Assembly (NCBI GenBank): GCA_035564915.1
Contig: DATMTH010000024.1
Location: 1,095 to 65,094, forward strand
Direction of reading: 5' to 3'
Length of the DNA: 64,000 nt
DNA from: Rhodanobacter sp.
GTDB lineage: Bacteria > Pseudomonadota > Gammaproteobacteria > Xanthomonadales > Rhodanobacteraceae
Position numbers and translations under genes: made by a program. A model generated the notes under the pieces. The model did no database searches. It saw only the letters and a program-made list of their open reading frames with translations, and had not been told where the DNA came from. Positions 39,551 through 49,315 of this stretch are shown here, one piece after another (the stretch's first letter is position 1; every line of letters starts with the position of its first letter).

Positions 39551-42500
39551 ATGAATGCAACCCATGCGGTGAATGATCTGTCCCTTCCGGCGGTAGTGCT
39601 TGCCGAGTTGAACAAGAGCGGCTTGTCGCCGCAGCGGCTTGAGCAGGCACGGGTGTTCTGCGAGGCGTTCTTTGCCCGGGTCGGCAGTAGTGACGTGAAC
39701 CTGCATACGCCGATGCAATGGGCAGCCCTGGTCGGCGGGCTGCTGGAGTTCATGCAGCAGCGTCCGGTTGGTCGTGCCGTAGTGCGCGTGCTCAGCACGG
39801 CGGATATTCATGCCGGTAGCAGCCTGCTCCAAGTCATCACCGACGACACCCCTTTCCTTATCGATACGGTCAGCATGATCGTGTCGGCAAACCTGCAGAT
39901 CCATGCCGTCATCCACCCTGTGCTGACCGCACGGCGCGATGCCTCCGGCACCTTGCAGGGCCTTGGCGGTGAGGAGGGTCAGGCCGAGTCGGTGATGCAC
40001 TTCGAAATCGACCGGGTGGCCGATGCGGCGGAACAGTCGCAGCTGAAGGCGCAGATCGAGGCCGCACTGGACGATGTGCGCGCTGCGGTGAACGACTGGG
40101 CGGTGATGCGCGACAAGGCGCTGGCGATCGCCGCCGAATTGCCGCAGCGGCACCTGCCGCTGGATGCCGCCTCGGTGCAGGAGGCCGGTGATTTCCTGCG
40201 CTGGCTTGCCGATGACAACTTCACCTTCCTCGGTTATCGCGAATACGAGGTGGTCGACGCCGATGGCGACCGCGTGCTGCGTTCGATCGAATCGTCCGGC
40301 CTGGGCATCCTGCGCAAGACCGATCGCTCGCTGGCACCGCGTTCGCTGCGCACGCTGGCGGCGACCGAGCTGCCGCAATCGGGCGCCACCGACGCGATCA
40401 TCCTGACCAAGACCAATGCACGCTCGCACGTGCATCGCCCTGGCCACATGGACTACATCGGCGTGCTGGAGTTCGGCGAAAATGGCAGAGCGGTCGCCGA
40501 GCAGCGCTTCCTGGGGCTGTTCACCTCCAGTGCCTACATGACCCGCCCGCAGGACGTGCCGCTGGTGCGGCACAAGGTCGAGGCGGTGATGGCGCGCTCC
40601 GGTCTCAAGCGCGATTCGTATTCCGGGAAATCGTTGCGCCACATTCTGGAAACATTGCCGCGCGAGGAGTTGCTGCAAGGCACCGAGGACGAGCTGTTTA
40701 CCACCTCGATGGGCATTCTCGAATTGCGCCAGCGGGCACGTACGCGGCTGTTCGTGCGGCGCGATCGCTACGGCCGTTTCTTCACCTGCATGGTGTTCGT
40801 GCCGCGCGATCGTTTCAACACGTCGGTGCGGGAACGCATCGAAGCCTTGCTCGGCATGGCCCTGCACGCCGAGCAGAGCGACTCGTCGGTGCAGATGGGC
40901 GAGACCGCGCTGGCGCGGCTGACCATCGTGGTGCGGCCGAAGATCGGCGATCAGCCGTCGTACGACCTGGTGCAGCTGGAACATGGCGTGGACGCGATCG
41001 TGCGCAACTGGCATGACGAAGTCCGCGATGCACTGGTGCATTTGCGCGGCGATCACGAAGGCGTGGTGCTGGCCAATCGCTATGCCCGATCACTGCCTGC
41101 CGGCTATGTCGAGGACGTCAGTCCCAGCGTGGCCGCCGAGGATATCCATCAGCTCTCGCAGCTGGTGGGAGACAATGCCTTGCGCATGTCGTTCTATCAC
41201 CCGCTGCAACAGCCCGAGAGCTTGCGCTTCAAGGTGTATCGATCGGGTGGCGACATCGCCCTTTCCGAGGTATTGCCGCAACTGGAGAACCTCGGTCTGC
41301 GCGTGCTCAGCGAGCACGTCTACACGATTGCCGGCGACGCCCCACTGTCGATCCAGGATTTCGAAGTGCAGCCGGTCGGCAAGCTCACCTTCAGCGTGGA
41401 GCAGGTCGGTGCGCTGTTCGAGGACGCGTTCGAGCAGATCTGGCGCGGGCACGCCGAGAGCGACGGTTTCAACCGGTTGGTGCTCGGTGCCAAGCTGAGC
41501 TGCCGCCAGATCGCGATGTTGCGCGGCTACAGCAAATATCTGCTGCAGACCGGGGCAACGTTCTCGCAGTCCTACATGGAAGACACCCTCAACCGCTATC
41601 CGGCCATCGCCGGCCTGCTGGTGGAGTTGTTCCTGGCCAGGTTCGATCCGCGGCGCGAGGCGCTTTCCGCGGGCGAGCTGAAACTTGCCGGCGCCAGTCT
41701 GGTGACCGAGATGCAGGCGCTGATCCCGGCCCATGTGCAGGCCGCGCAGCCAGCGTTGATCGAGGGCCTGAGTGCGGCGCTGTCGCAATCGCGCGAAGCG
41801 CAGATCCAGATCGTCGAGAAGGCCATTGGCGTGCTGCTGGAGAATGTTGCCAGCCTCGACGAGGACCGCATCCTGCGCAGTTTCGTCGGCCTGATCCGGG
41901 CCACCTTGCGCACCAGCTTCTTCCAGCAATGGGACGGTGCTTACCGGCCGTACATCAGCTACAAGATCGACTCGCATGGTGTGCCCGAGCTGCCCAAGCC
42001 GGTGCCGTACCGCGAAATATGGGTGTGTGCGCCGCGGGTGGAAGGCATCCACTTGCGCTTTGGCGCGGTGGCCCGCGGTGGCCTGCGCTGGTCCGACCGG
42101 CGCGAGGATTTCCGCACCGAGGTGCTGGGCCTGGTCAAGGCGCAGATGGTCAAGAACACGGTTATCGTGCCGGTCGGCTCCAAGGGCGGGTTCTTCGTCA
42201 AGAAGGCGCCGGTGGGTGGCGATCGCGACGCCCAGCTGGCCGAAGGCATTGCCTGCTACAAGCTTTTCATCAATGGCCTGCTCGACATCACCGACAACCT
42301 GATCGAAGGCGAGGTGGCTCATCCGCACGACGTGGTGCGTCACGACCAGGACGACCCCTACCTGGTGGTGGCGGCGGACAAGGGCACCGCGACGTTCTCC
42401 GATATCGCCAATTCGATTTCGATCGAGCACGGTTACTGGCTGGGCGATGCGTTTGCCTCCGGTGGCTCGCACGGCTACGACCACAAGGGCATGGGCATCA

Positions 42501-44479
42501 CCGCCAAGGGTGCGTGGGAGTCGGTGAAGCGCCATTTCCGTGCACTCGGCCGCGACAGCCAGAGCCAGGATTTCACCTGCGTCGGCATTGGCGACATGTC
42601 CGGCGACGTGTTCGGCAACGGCATGCTGCTGTCCGAGCATATCCGGCTGGTGGCCGCGTTCGATCATCGCCATGTGTTCCTCGATCCGAACCCGGACGCG
42701 GCGCGCACGTTTGTCGAGCGCCAGCGCATGTTCACGGTGCCGCGTTCGAGCTGGGACGACTACGACAAGTCGCTGATCTCCGCCGGTGGCGGCATTTACC
42801 CGCGCAGCGCCAAGTCGATTCCGATTTCGCCGGAAGTGCGTGCGGTGCTGGGGCTGAAGCCCGATGTCGAGCATCTGGCGCCATCCGACCTGCTCAGTGC
42901 AATCCTCAAGGCACCGGTCGATCTGCTGTGGAACGGCGGTATCGGTACTTACGTGAAGTCCTCCGCCGAGACGCATGCCGATGTGGGCGATCGCGCAAAC
43001 AATGCCCTGCGCGTCAACGGCGGCGAATTGCGCTGCAAGATCGTGGGCGAGGGCGGCAACCTCGGCTTCACCCAGAAGGGGCGCATCGAGGCGGCCCAGA
43101 ACGGCGTGCTGCTGAACACCGACTTCATCGACAACTCCGCTGGCGTGGACACCTCCGATCACGAGGTGAACATCAAGATCCTGCTCAACGACGCCGTGCA
43201 GCGTGGCGAGTTGACCGACGAGGCACGCAATATCCAGCTGGCATCGATGACCGATGAGGTTGGCCAGTTGGTGTTGTGGGACAACTATAGGCAGAACCAG
43301 GCGATCACCCTGATGGAGCACCAGTCGGTCGGCCGGATCGGCTCGATGGCGCATTTCATCCGCACGCTGGAACTCGAAGGCACGCTGGATCGTCAGGTCG
43401 AGAACCTGCCTTCGGAGACCGAGCTGGCCGAGCGCAAGACGCGCGGACTGGGATTGACCCGGCCGGAGCTTTCGGTACTGCTGTCGTACGACAAGATCCG
43501 TCTGTTCCAGCAGTTGCTGGGCTCGGACGTGCCGGAAGATCCGTACCTGTCCAAGGAGCTGGTGCGCTACTTCCCGGCGCCGCTGCATGAGAAGTATGCC
43601 GAGCACATGCAGCGCCATCGGCTGAAGCGCGAGATCATCGCCACCGCGGTGACCAACTCGACGATCAACCGCATGGGCGCCACCTTCATGATGCGCATGC
43701 AGGAAGATACCGGGCAGGGCCCGGCGGCGATTGCCAAGGCTTATACGGCGGCGCGTGAAATTCTCGATGCGCGCCAGTTGTGGGCCTTGATCGAGGCACT
43801 CGACAGCAAGATCGCCGAGGACACCCAGATCGATGCGATCAAGCAGATCTGGTCGCTGCTGCGGCACATGACCCGCTGGTTGCTCAATCGTCCCGGCGGT
43901 TCGCTGGACATCGCCGAGAACGTCGAGCGTTATCAGGATGGTGTATCGGCGCTGCGCAAGGTCTTGCCCGAGGTGCTCACCCCGACCGGCAAGGGCGATT
44001 TCTCCTGCACCCAGGAGAAATGGGAAGGTCTCGGCATGCCCGGCGAGCTGGCGCAGCGGTTGGCCCGCATGCCGGATCTGCGTGCCGCGCTGGACATGGT
44101 CGAGGTCGCCCAGCAGGGTGGCCAGCCGATGGAACAGGTGGCACGGGTGTTCTTCGAGCTGGGCGAGGCGCTGGATCTGGAGTGGTTGCGTGGTCAGATC
44201 GAGGCGCTGCCGGTGGAGGGTCACTGGCATGCGCAGGCGCGTGGCTCGCTGCTGGACGAACTCAACCACCAGCACCGTGCGCTGGTGCTGCAAGTGCTGG
44301 CGCTGGACAAGGGCAGCAAGGACGTGTCGCCGGTACAGGCCTGGCTGCAACGCGACGACCCCACCTTGCAGCACACCCGCAGCATGCTGGCCGAAATCCT
44401 CACCCAGAATGCGGATTACCCGATCGCCTCGGTCGCCGTCCGTCGCCTGGCCCAGCTGGCGCAGGTGCCGTTGAGCTGA
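39551..44479 (+). CDS. gdhB: Large NAD-specific glutamate dehydrogenase
   Basis: 1642 aa; ARGGLRWSDR, VIVPVGSKGGF, DPYLVVAADKGTA, GIGDMSGDVFGNG, EGGNLG. Confidence 0.95.
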   Translation: MNATHAVNDLSLPAVVLAELNKSGLSPQRLEQARVFCEAFFARVGSSDVNLHTPMQWAALVGGLLEFMQQRPVGRAVVRVLSTADIHAGSSLLQVITDDTPFLIDTVSMIVSANLQIHAVIHPVLTARRDASGTLQGLGGEEGQAESVMHFEIDRVADAAEQSQLKAQIEAALDDVRAAVNDWAVMRDKALAIAAELPQRHLPLDAASVQEAGDFLRWLADDNFTFLGYREYEVVDADGDRVLRSIESSGLGILRKTDRSLAPRSLRTLAATELPQSGATDAIILTKTNARSHVHRPGHMDYIGVLEFGENGRAVAEQRFLGLFTSSAYMTRPQDVPLVRHKVEAVMARSGLKRDSYSGKSLRHILETLPREELLQGTEDELFTTSMGILELRQRARTRLFVRRDRYGRFFTCMVFVPRDRFNTSVRERIEALLGMALHAEQSDSSVQMGETALARLTIVVRPKIGDQPSYDLVQLEHGVDAIVRNWHDEVRDALVHLRGDHEGVVLANRYARSLPAGYVEDVSPSVAAEDIHQLSQLVGDNALRMSFYHPLQQPESLRFKVYRSGGDIALSEVLPQLENLGLRVLSEHVYTIAGDAPLSIQDFEVQPVGKLTFSVEQVGALFEDAFEQIWRGHAESDGFNRLVLGAKLSCRQIAMLRGYSKYLLQTGATFSQSYMEDTLNRYPAIAGLLVELFLARFDPRREALSAGELKLAGASLVTEMQALIPAHVQAAQPALIEGLSAALSQSREAQIQIVEKAIGVLLENVASLDEDRILRSFVGLIRATLRTSFFQQWDGAYRPYISYKIDSHGVPELPKPVPYREIWVCAPRVEGIHLRFGAVARGGLRWSDRREDFRTEVLGLVKAQMVKNTVIVPVGSKGGFFVKKAPVGGDRDAQLAEGIACYKLFINGLLDITDNLIEGEVAHPHDVVRHDQDDPYLVVAADKGTATFSDIANSISIEHGYWLGDAFASGGSHGYDHKGMGITAKGAWESVKRHFRALGRDSQSQDFTCVGIGDMSGDVFGNGMLLSEHIRLVAAFDHRHVFLDPNPDAARTFVERQRMFTVPRSSWDDYDKSLISAGGGIYPRSAKSIPISPEVRAVLGLKPDVEHLAPSDLLSAILKAPVDLLWNGGIGTYVKSSAETHADVGDRANNALRVNGGELRCKIVGEGGNLGFTQKGRIEAAQNGVLLNTDFIDNSAGVDTSDHEVNIKILLNDAVQRGELTDEARNIQLASMTDEVGQLVLWDNYRQNQAITLMEHQSVGRIGSMAHFIRTLELEGTLDRQVENLPSETELAERKTRGLGLTRPELSVLLSYDKIRLFQQLLGSDVPEDPYLSKELVRYFPAPLHEKYAEHMQRHRLKREIIATAVTNSTINRMGATFMMRMQEDTGQGPAAIAKAYTAAREILDARQLWALIEALDSKIAEDTQIDAIKQIWSLLRHMTRWLLNRPGGSLDIAENVERYQDGVSALRKVLPEVLTPTGKGDFSCTQEKWEGLGMPGELAQRLARMPDLRAALDMVEVAQQGGQPMEQVARVFFELGEALDLEWLRGQIEALPVEGHWHAQARGSLLDELNHQHRALVLQVLALDKGSKDVSPVQAWLQRDDPTLQHTRSMLAEILTQNADYPIASVAVRRLAQLAQVPLS

Positions 44480-44588
44480 TCGAGGCCCACACCGGCGGTG
44501 TGGATAAACGAAGGCGCAAGATCCAGCGTGGTCTTGCGCCTTCATGCTGTGTAATCTGGACTGATTCCCCAAGGCAGGAGTGCCGCGT

Positions 44589-45350
44589 ATGCGTTTTGCC
44601 TTCGTTGCCAGCGACACCAGCGTGGCCCAGCAGGCGCGACGCAGGCTGGTCGATCGCTACGGCGACGTGCCGGTAGACCAGGCCGAACTGATCGTGGCGT
44701 TGGGCGGTGACGGGTTCATGCTGCGCACCTTGCATGCCCATCGCGCGCTTGAGGTGCCGGTATATGGCATGAAGCTGGGCCGGGTCGGCTTCCTGATGAA
44801 CAAGCACCGGCTCGAAGGGCTGGCCGAGCGGGTGGAGCGTGCGCATACCGCGTCGCTGTTTCCGTTGCAGATGCGGGTTGTCGCCGCGGATGGCACCGAA
44901 TACAGCAAGCTCGCCTTCAACGAAGTCTCGCTGTTGCGGCAGAGCAACCAGGCGGCACATCTGGAGGTGATGCTGAATGACACGGTGAAACTGGAAACCC
45001 TGGTGTGCGACGGCATCCTGGTTTCCACCCCGGCTGGCTCCACCGCCTACAACCTGTCGGCGCATGGTCCGATCCTGCCGCTGGATGCGAATGTGCTGGC
45101 GCTGACCCCGATCAGCCCGTTTCGTCCACGCCGCTGGCGCGGTGCGATCCTGCCGCATCGCACCGAAGTGATTCTGCGCGTGCTCGACCCGGCCAAGCGG
45201 CCAGTCAGTGCCACCGCAGACTTCCACGAAGTGCGCGACGTGCGTACGGTGGCGATCCGCCAATCGGGTGATCAGGGTGTGCGCCTGCTTTTCGATCCGG
45301 AGCACAATCTGGAGCAACGCATTCTCGATGAACAGTTTGCGGCGGAGTGA
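44589..45350 (+). CDS. nadK: NAD kinase
   Basis: [34 protein letters not shown]; AGGAG RBS before ATG 44589. Confidence 0.93.
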   Translation: MRFAFVASDTSVAQQARRRLVDRYGDVPVDQAELIVALGGDGFMLRTLHAHRALEVPVYGMKLGRVGFLMNKHRLEGLAERVERAHTASLFPLQMRVVAADGTEYSKLAFNEVSLLRQSNQAAHLEVMLNDTVKLETLVCDGILVSTPAGSTAYNLSAHGPILPLDANVLALTPISPFRPRRWRGAILPHRTEVILRVLDPAKRPVSATADFHEVRDVRTVAIRQSGDQGVRLLFDPEHNLEQRILDEQFAAE

Positions 45351-45358
45351 AACGGCGC

Positions 45359-45428
45359 AGTGAGTGAAGAAAAGTGGGAAGCGACAGAAGGGCAGGTGCC
45401 GGTGTTCTCCCACACTTCTTCACTCACT
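45359..45428. repeat. Purine-rich/pyrimidine-rich imperfect inverted repeat
   Basis: AGTGAGTGAAGAAAAGTGGGAA pairs with TTCTCCCACACTTCTTCACTCACT. Confidence 0.65.
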
Positions 45429-45455
45429 CCTTGCCCAATGCGGTAGATTCCCGGT

Positions 45456-46382
45456 ATGCCCAATCTCGCTTCCAGCCACGACCCCGCCTCATCCAGCGAC
45501 AACCGCCTCGTGGTGGCGATCTCCTCGCGCGCGCTGTTCGACCTCGGCGACAGTCATGCGCTGTTCGAGCGCGACGGTCTCGATGCGTATCGCAGCTTCC
45601 AGATCGAACACGAGGACGAGATCCTGAAGCCGGGCGTGGCGTTTCCGCTGGTGCAAAAGCTGCTGGGCCTGAACAAGCTGGCTGGCGATGTGCCGCCGGT
45701 GGAAGTGATTCTGCTGTCGCGCAATTCGGGTGACACCGGCCTGCGCATCTTCAACGCGATCCAGCACTACGGCCTGCAAATCAGTCGCGCCGCATTCACC
45801 AGCGGGGCGCCGACCTCGGATTACATCGCACCGTTCAAGGCCGATCTGTTTCTTTCGGCCAACGCCGAAGACGTGGGCCGGGCATTGGTCGCTGGCGTGG
45901 CCGCCGCCACCATCCTGCCCAGCACTGCGCCACCGCGCGCCAGCGAACAACTGCGCATCGCCTTCGATGGGGATGCCGTGCTGTTCGGCGATGAAGGCGA
46001 GCGCGTATCCCGTGAGGAGGGGCTGGAGGCCTTCCACCGCAATGAATCCGAGCACGCCGGCGAACCGCTCTCGGTGGGGCCGTTCCGCGGTTTCCTGACG
46101 GCGTTGCATCACCTGCAAACGGCATTTCCGGCGGAGGACTCCCCGATCCGCACCGCGCTCGTCACGGCCCGCTCTGCGCCGGCGCACAAACGGGTGATCC
46201 TGACCCTGCGCAAGTGGGGCGTGCGCATCGACGAGGCCTTGTTCCTCGGTGGCCGCGACAAGGGGCCGTTCCTCGACGCGTTCGGCGCCGACATCTTTTT
46301 CGACGACTCCCCGGCCAATGTGGAGTCGGCACGCAAGCATGTGGCTACCGGGCATGTGCCGCATGGGGTGAGTAACCGGTGA
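45456..46382 (+). CDS. 5'-nucleotidase (cN-I-like HAD family)
   Basis: LVVAISSRALF, LRIAFDGDAVLF, TALVTARSAP, DIFFDD. Confidence 0.92.
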   Translation: MPNLASSHDPASSSDNRLVVAISSRALFDLGDSHALFERDGLDAYRSFQIEHEDEILKPGVAFPLVQKLLGLNKLAGDVPPVEVILLSRNSGDTGLRIFNAIQHYGLQISRAAFTSGAPTSDYIAPFKADLFLSANAEDVGRALVAGVAAATILPSTAPPRASEQLRIAFDGDAVLFGDEGERVSREEGLEAFHRNESEHAGEPLSVGPFRGFLTALHHLQTAFPAEDSPIRTALVTARSAPAHKRVILTLRKWGVRIDEALFLGGRDKGPFLDAFGADIFFDDSPANVESARKHVATGHVPHGVSNR

Positions 46383-46612
46383 GGCCGGGTCAGATGATGG
46401 CAGCTTGATGGTCTGCTTTCATTCCGTTGCGAAGCGGGCAAGCGCCGAGCCGTACTCTGTTGCCCTGGTGCATCGGAGCGCACCCGTGCATGCACCTGAT
46501 TCCAACCGCCACGGCGTTTTTGCTCCCGTTGCACCCTCAATGCTGCCGTGCAACGCAATACATCCTCAAGGCGTTGGATTCGCAACGGTTCATGCTGTGC
46601 CCGGACTTCCAC

Positions 46613-46813
46613 ATGGCTGACATATCCGGGAAGGCTTGTTCAATTTGCGGCTTGAACTTTCCCGTGGAGGAGTTCAGCCATGGCAACAAGGGCCGCCGCT
46701 CGCATGGCCGTGCTTGCGACAAGGCCTGCGAATCGGCCTGCTCGACAGGTGGCGTTGAAGGGGCACGCGCGTTTCGTGAAGAGCAGCGTGCAATGTGCCG
46801 GGGTGAGGTTTAA
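46613..46813 (+). CDS. Small Cys-rich protein, possibly a degenerate zinc-finger cassette gene
   Basis: MADISGKACSICGLNFPVEEFSHG..; its TAA lies inside the first box of the following attC-like site. Confidence 0.45.
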   Translation: MADISGKACSICGLNFPVEEFSHGNKGRRSHGRACDKACESACSTGGVEGARAFREEQRAMCRGEV

Positions 46814-46871
46814 GATCCCGCCCGAGGCGGACGGCAGTGCCGACGCCCAACTCCAGCATTGAGGCAATCAC

Positions 46872-47183
46872 ATGAATTGTCCAAACTGCAAGAAGTACCT
46901 GGTTTCTTTCACTCGCGTGTGGCTATTGAGTGGGTCGGCACAACATTTGTGTCCGGCTTGCGGCGCGCATGTGCGATTCAGGTACACCCAGCCCGCGCTG
47001 TCCATGCCGCTCCGCGCCCTGTCGTCGGTTCTCGCTGCATTATCGGTTGTGTTGGGCTTTCGCTTCTTCAGCTGGTTGGTGTTTGTTGCAATTTTTGCGG
47101 TAGCGCTCGCGGTCAGTGCTTTTACTGCTTCACGGTTCGGCCAGCTGGAGCTGGATGCCCCGCAATCACAGCCAGGTACCTGA
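46872..47183 (+). CDS. Zinc-ribbon (CxxC...CxxC) two-TM membrane protein, cassette-like gene
   Basis: MNCPNCKK...HLCPACG followed by two hydrophobic helices; ATG 7 nt after an attC-like end. Confidence 0.7.
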   Translation: MNCPNCKKYLVSFTRVWLLSGSAQHLCPACGAHVRFRYTQPALSMPLRALSSVLAALSVVLGFRFFSWLVFVAIFAVALAVSAFTASRFGQLELDAPQSQPGT

Positions 47184-47291
47184 CTGTTCGGCTATTCGCT
47201 CAAGCAGACGCCAGCCCGCTGCACAGGCACTGCGCCGGTTGGCTCAAGCTTCAGGCGCGCAAATCCACAGTTTGCCAATTTGGAGAGGCCC

Positions 47292-47675
47292 ATGTTGCGC
47301 ACGATCGCTTCGGCTCTTTTTCTGCTGACGGCGCTGGTCATCGCGTTGGGTGCTTTCGGCCACGACTCGCACGCGGCGAGGCTCGCCATCGAGCTGGGCA
47401 AACAGCCACTCGACGCGCACGACGTCAAGGTGATCATCTTGGTCTGGCATTTTGTCAGCGGCTGCATGATCGTGTTCGGCGCGCTATGCGTATGGGCATG
47501 GTGGCGCGCCCGTCGAGGTGAGCGTGGCGCATTCTTCGTCAGCGACCTGATCGGTCTGTTCTATATCGTGACGGGTCTGCTGTCGGTCTGGTACTCCGGC
47601 ATCGTGTTCTTCTGGCTGTTCGTCGCGCTCGGCGCACTGCTCATCATCACCTCGCTGCCGCTGCGGCGTCCCTGA
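47292..47675 (+). CDS. Four-TM hypothetical membrane protein, cassette-like gene
   Basis: GGAGAGG RBS; four hydrophobic segments with GAFGH and WH motifs. Confidence 0.7.
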   Translation: MLRTIASALFLLTALVIALGAFGHDSHAARLAIELGKQPLDAHDVKVIILVWHFVSGCMIVFGALCVWAWWRARRGERGAFFVSDLIGLFYIVTGLLSVWYSGIVFFWLFVALGALLIITSLPLRRP

Positions 47676-48111
47676 TGAAGGGCCCGCCTGGTTTGCGCGT
47701 GGGCAAGTAGGCCAACTCCGTAAAAGTGCTGGCATGGATTGCGGGTGTTGCTGCAGCCGCAATCGTCGCGGATGCAGTCAAATCGCTTGGGTGGAGCTGA
47801 ATGCCAATCTCTCGTTCGGGACGGGCGGCGGCGCCGCCGCTCAACTCCAGCGTTGCCGTCATACTGAGACACCGGTTCTTTGAGGTTGCTGACATGTCAT
47901 CGACCGAGTACGCACCACTCAAGCAACTTCGTCTCGACACTACCCGTTCCCGGATTTTCGCGGTCCAGGGCGTATAGCTTTCGCCAGCAGCAGTCCTCCA
48001 TGCCCATTCATTCGAGCCGGCGGCGGAAGGTCTCACCGCGCCGCCCGACGACCACGTTGGCGATGCTGCGGGATATCTCGATGGCGATGGCCATCCGCAG
48101 GCAAACCAAGT

Positions 48112-48236
48112 GCATCGCGTACAGGGTGCGCTCCAGCAGGACGCGGGCGATCAGACACTTGTTGGAGCGGCATCAGCCGCGACGTCTCCCGGTTGGCTGG
48201 CATGAGAGCTATCGCGACTGAAGTCGCTCCGACAAG
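48112..48236. repeat. Cluster of degenerate REP-like elements
   Basis: TCGCGTACAGGGTGCGCTCC (hisC-hisB type arm), then TTGTTGGAGCGGCATCAGCCGCGA ... TCGCGACTGAAGTCGCTCCGACAAG (31362 type doublet). Confidence 0.7.
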
Positions 48237-48322
48237 GTGTCGGGGTTTGCGGGGAACAGGCTGCATGCAAATGTTCCGCCGTCGTTTCGACAACCGCTGC
48301 AGCCAACACGGCGCCTGACTGT

Positions 48323-49198
48323 TCAGACCAATCGTGTTCGCCGCCACCATCGTGTCACCTGCTCCTCGCGCACGAACGTGAACAAGCCGGCGCCGAGGAT
48401 GATGGCGATGCCGATGGCCATCGGCCAGTCGAGTTGGTCGTGGAACACGACGTAGCCGAGCAGCACTGCCCACAGCATCTGGCTGTACTGCGTGGGTGCG
48501 ACGTGGTTGGCGGGGGCAAGGCGGGTGGCGAGCACCAGCAGCACCGAGCCCAGCGCGGAAAGCAGGCCGTAACCGAGCAGCAGTGCCCACTGCCCCGACT
48601 GTGGCCAGTGGAAGTCGGCAAGCATCAATACGCCGGATACCGCCATCGAACCGATGATGCCGGCGCCAAACAGGCTGACGCGTTTTTCGTGGGGACCGGC
48701 CAGGCGCAAGGCGATCATCGAGATGGCGCCGCTGAGACCGCAGATGATCGCCGCGAGATGACCGATGCCGAGCGCACGAAAACCCGGGCGCAATACCACC
48801 AGCACGCCGATGAAACCGGCCACCACGGCTGACCATCGGCGCCAGCCGACATGCTCTTTCAGGATCAGCACCGACAGAATGGTGACGAAGATCGGCAGCA
48901 GGAAGATCAACGCAAAGGCTTCGGCCATGGGCAGGGCGGTAAAGGCAATCACCGCCGAGATGCTGCCGACCGCGCTGGCGACGGCGCGCACCAGATAAAG
49001 TCCCTGGCGCTGCGCCCGCACCACTTCGCTCCAGCGGTCACCGCGATCCTTGATGAAGGGCAACGCGCTCAGGCCCAGCGCGGCGCCGAAAAACACGGCC
49101 TCGTAGGCGGGCAGCGAACCGCGCAAGGACTTCACGAAGGCGTCGCTGAAAGCGTAGGCGGCGAAAGCCAGGAAGCCAAGCAGGACACCTTTCAACAT
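48323..49198 (-). CDS. DMT/EamA family transporter
   Basis: About ten TM helices; LPMAEAFAL..PIFVTILS..ILKE.VGWRRW, LRPG, APTQYSQMLWA. Confidence 0.9.
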   Translation of the reverse strand: MLKGVLLGFLAFAAYAFSDAFVKSLRGSLPAYEAVFFGAALGLSALPFIKDRGDRWSEVVRAQRQGLYLVRAVASAVGSISAVIAFTALPMAEAFALIFLLPIFVTILSVLILKEHVGWRRWSAVVAGFIGVLVVLRPGFRALGIGHLAAIICGLSGAISMIALRLAGPHEKRVSLFGAGIIGSMAVSGVLMLADFHWPQSGQWALLLGYGLLSALGSVLLVLATRLAPANHVAPTQYSQMLWAVLLGYVVFHDQLDWPMAIGIAIILGAGLFTFVREEQVTRWWRRTRLV

Positions 49199-49315
49199 GG
49201 GATTCCAGCATGTGTGATGGTTGTGGAGCGATGCGATTCTGCGGTGAAAACGCGGGTAGACGACCCCGCACCGCGCTACAATAACGGTTTTTACGCAGCC
49301 CGTTCCGGAGTGTCC

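Larger units (their letters stand above)
46500..48062 (+). mobile_element. Decayed integron-like cassette cluster (attC-like sites, no integrase in the window)
   Basis: attC-like sites at about 46500-46579, 46808-46864, 47178-47263, 47802-47858 and 47997-48062 separate short co-oriented ORFs; the two 57-bp sites align without gaps. Confidence 0.6.

Noticed and set aside
44499-44507. Single perfect DnaA box (TGTGGATAA) upstream of nadK
   Set aside because: An isolated 9-mer can occur by chance; no supporting boxes nearby
41090-44617. 1175-aa antisense ORF opposite the glutamate dehydrogenase
   Set aside because: Typical stop-free shadow frame of a high-GC gene, with no recognisable motifs
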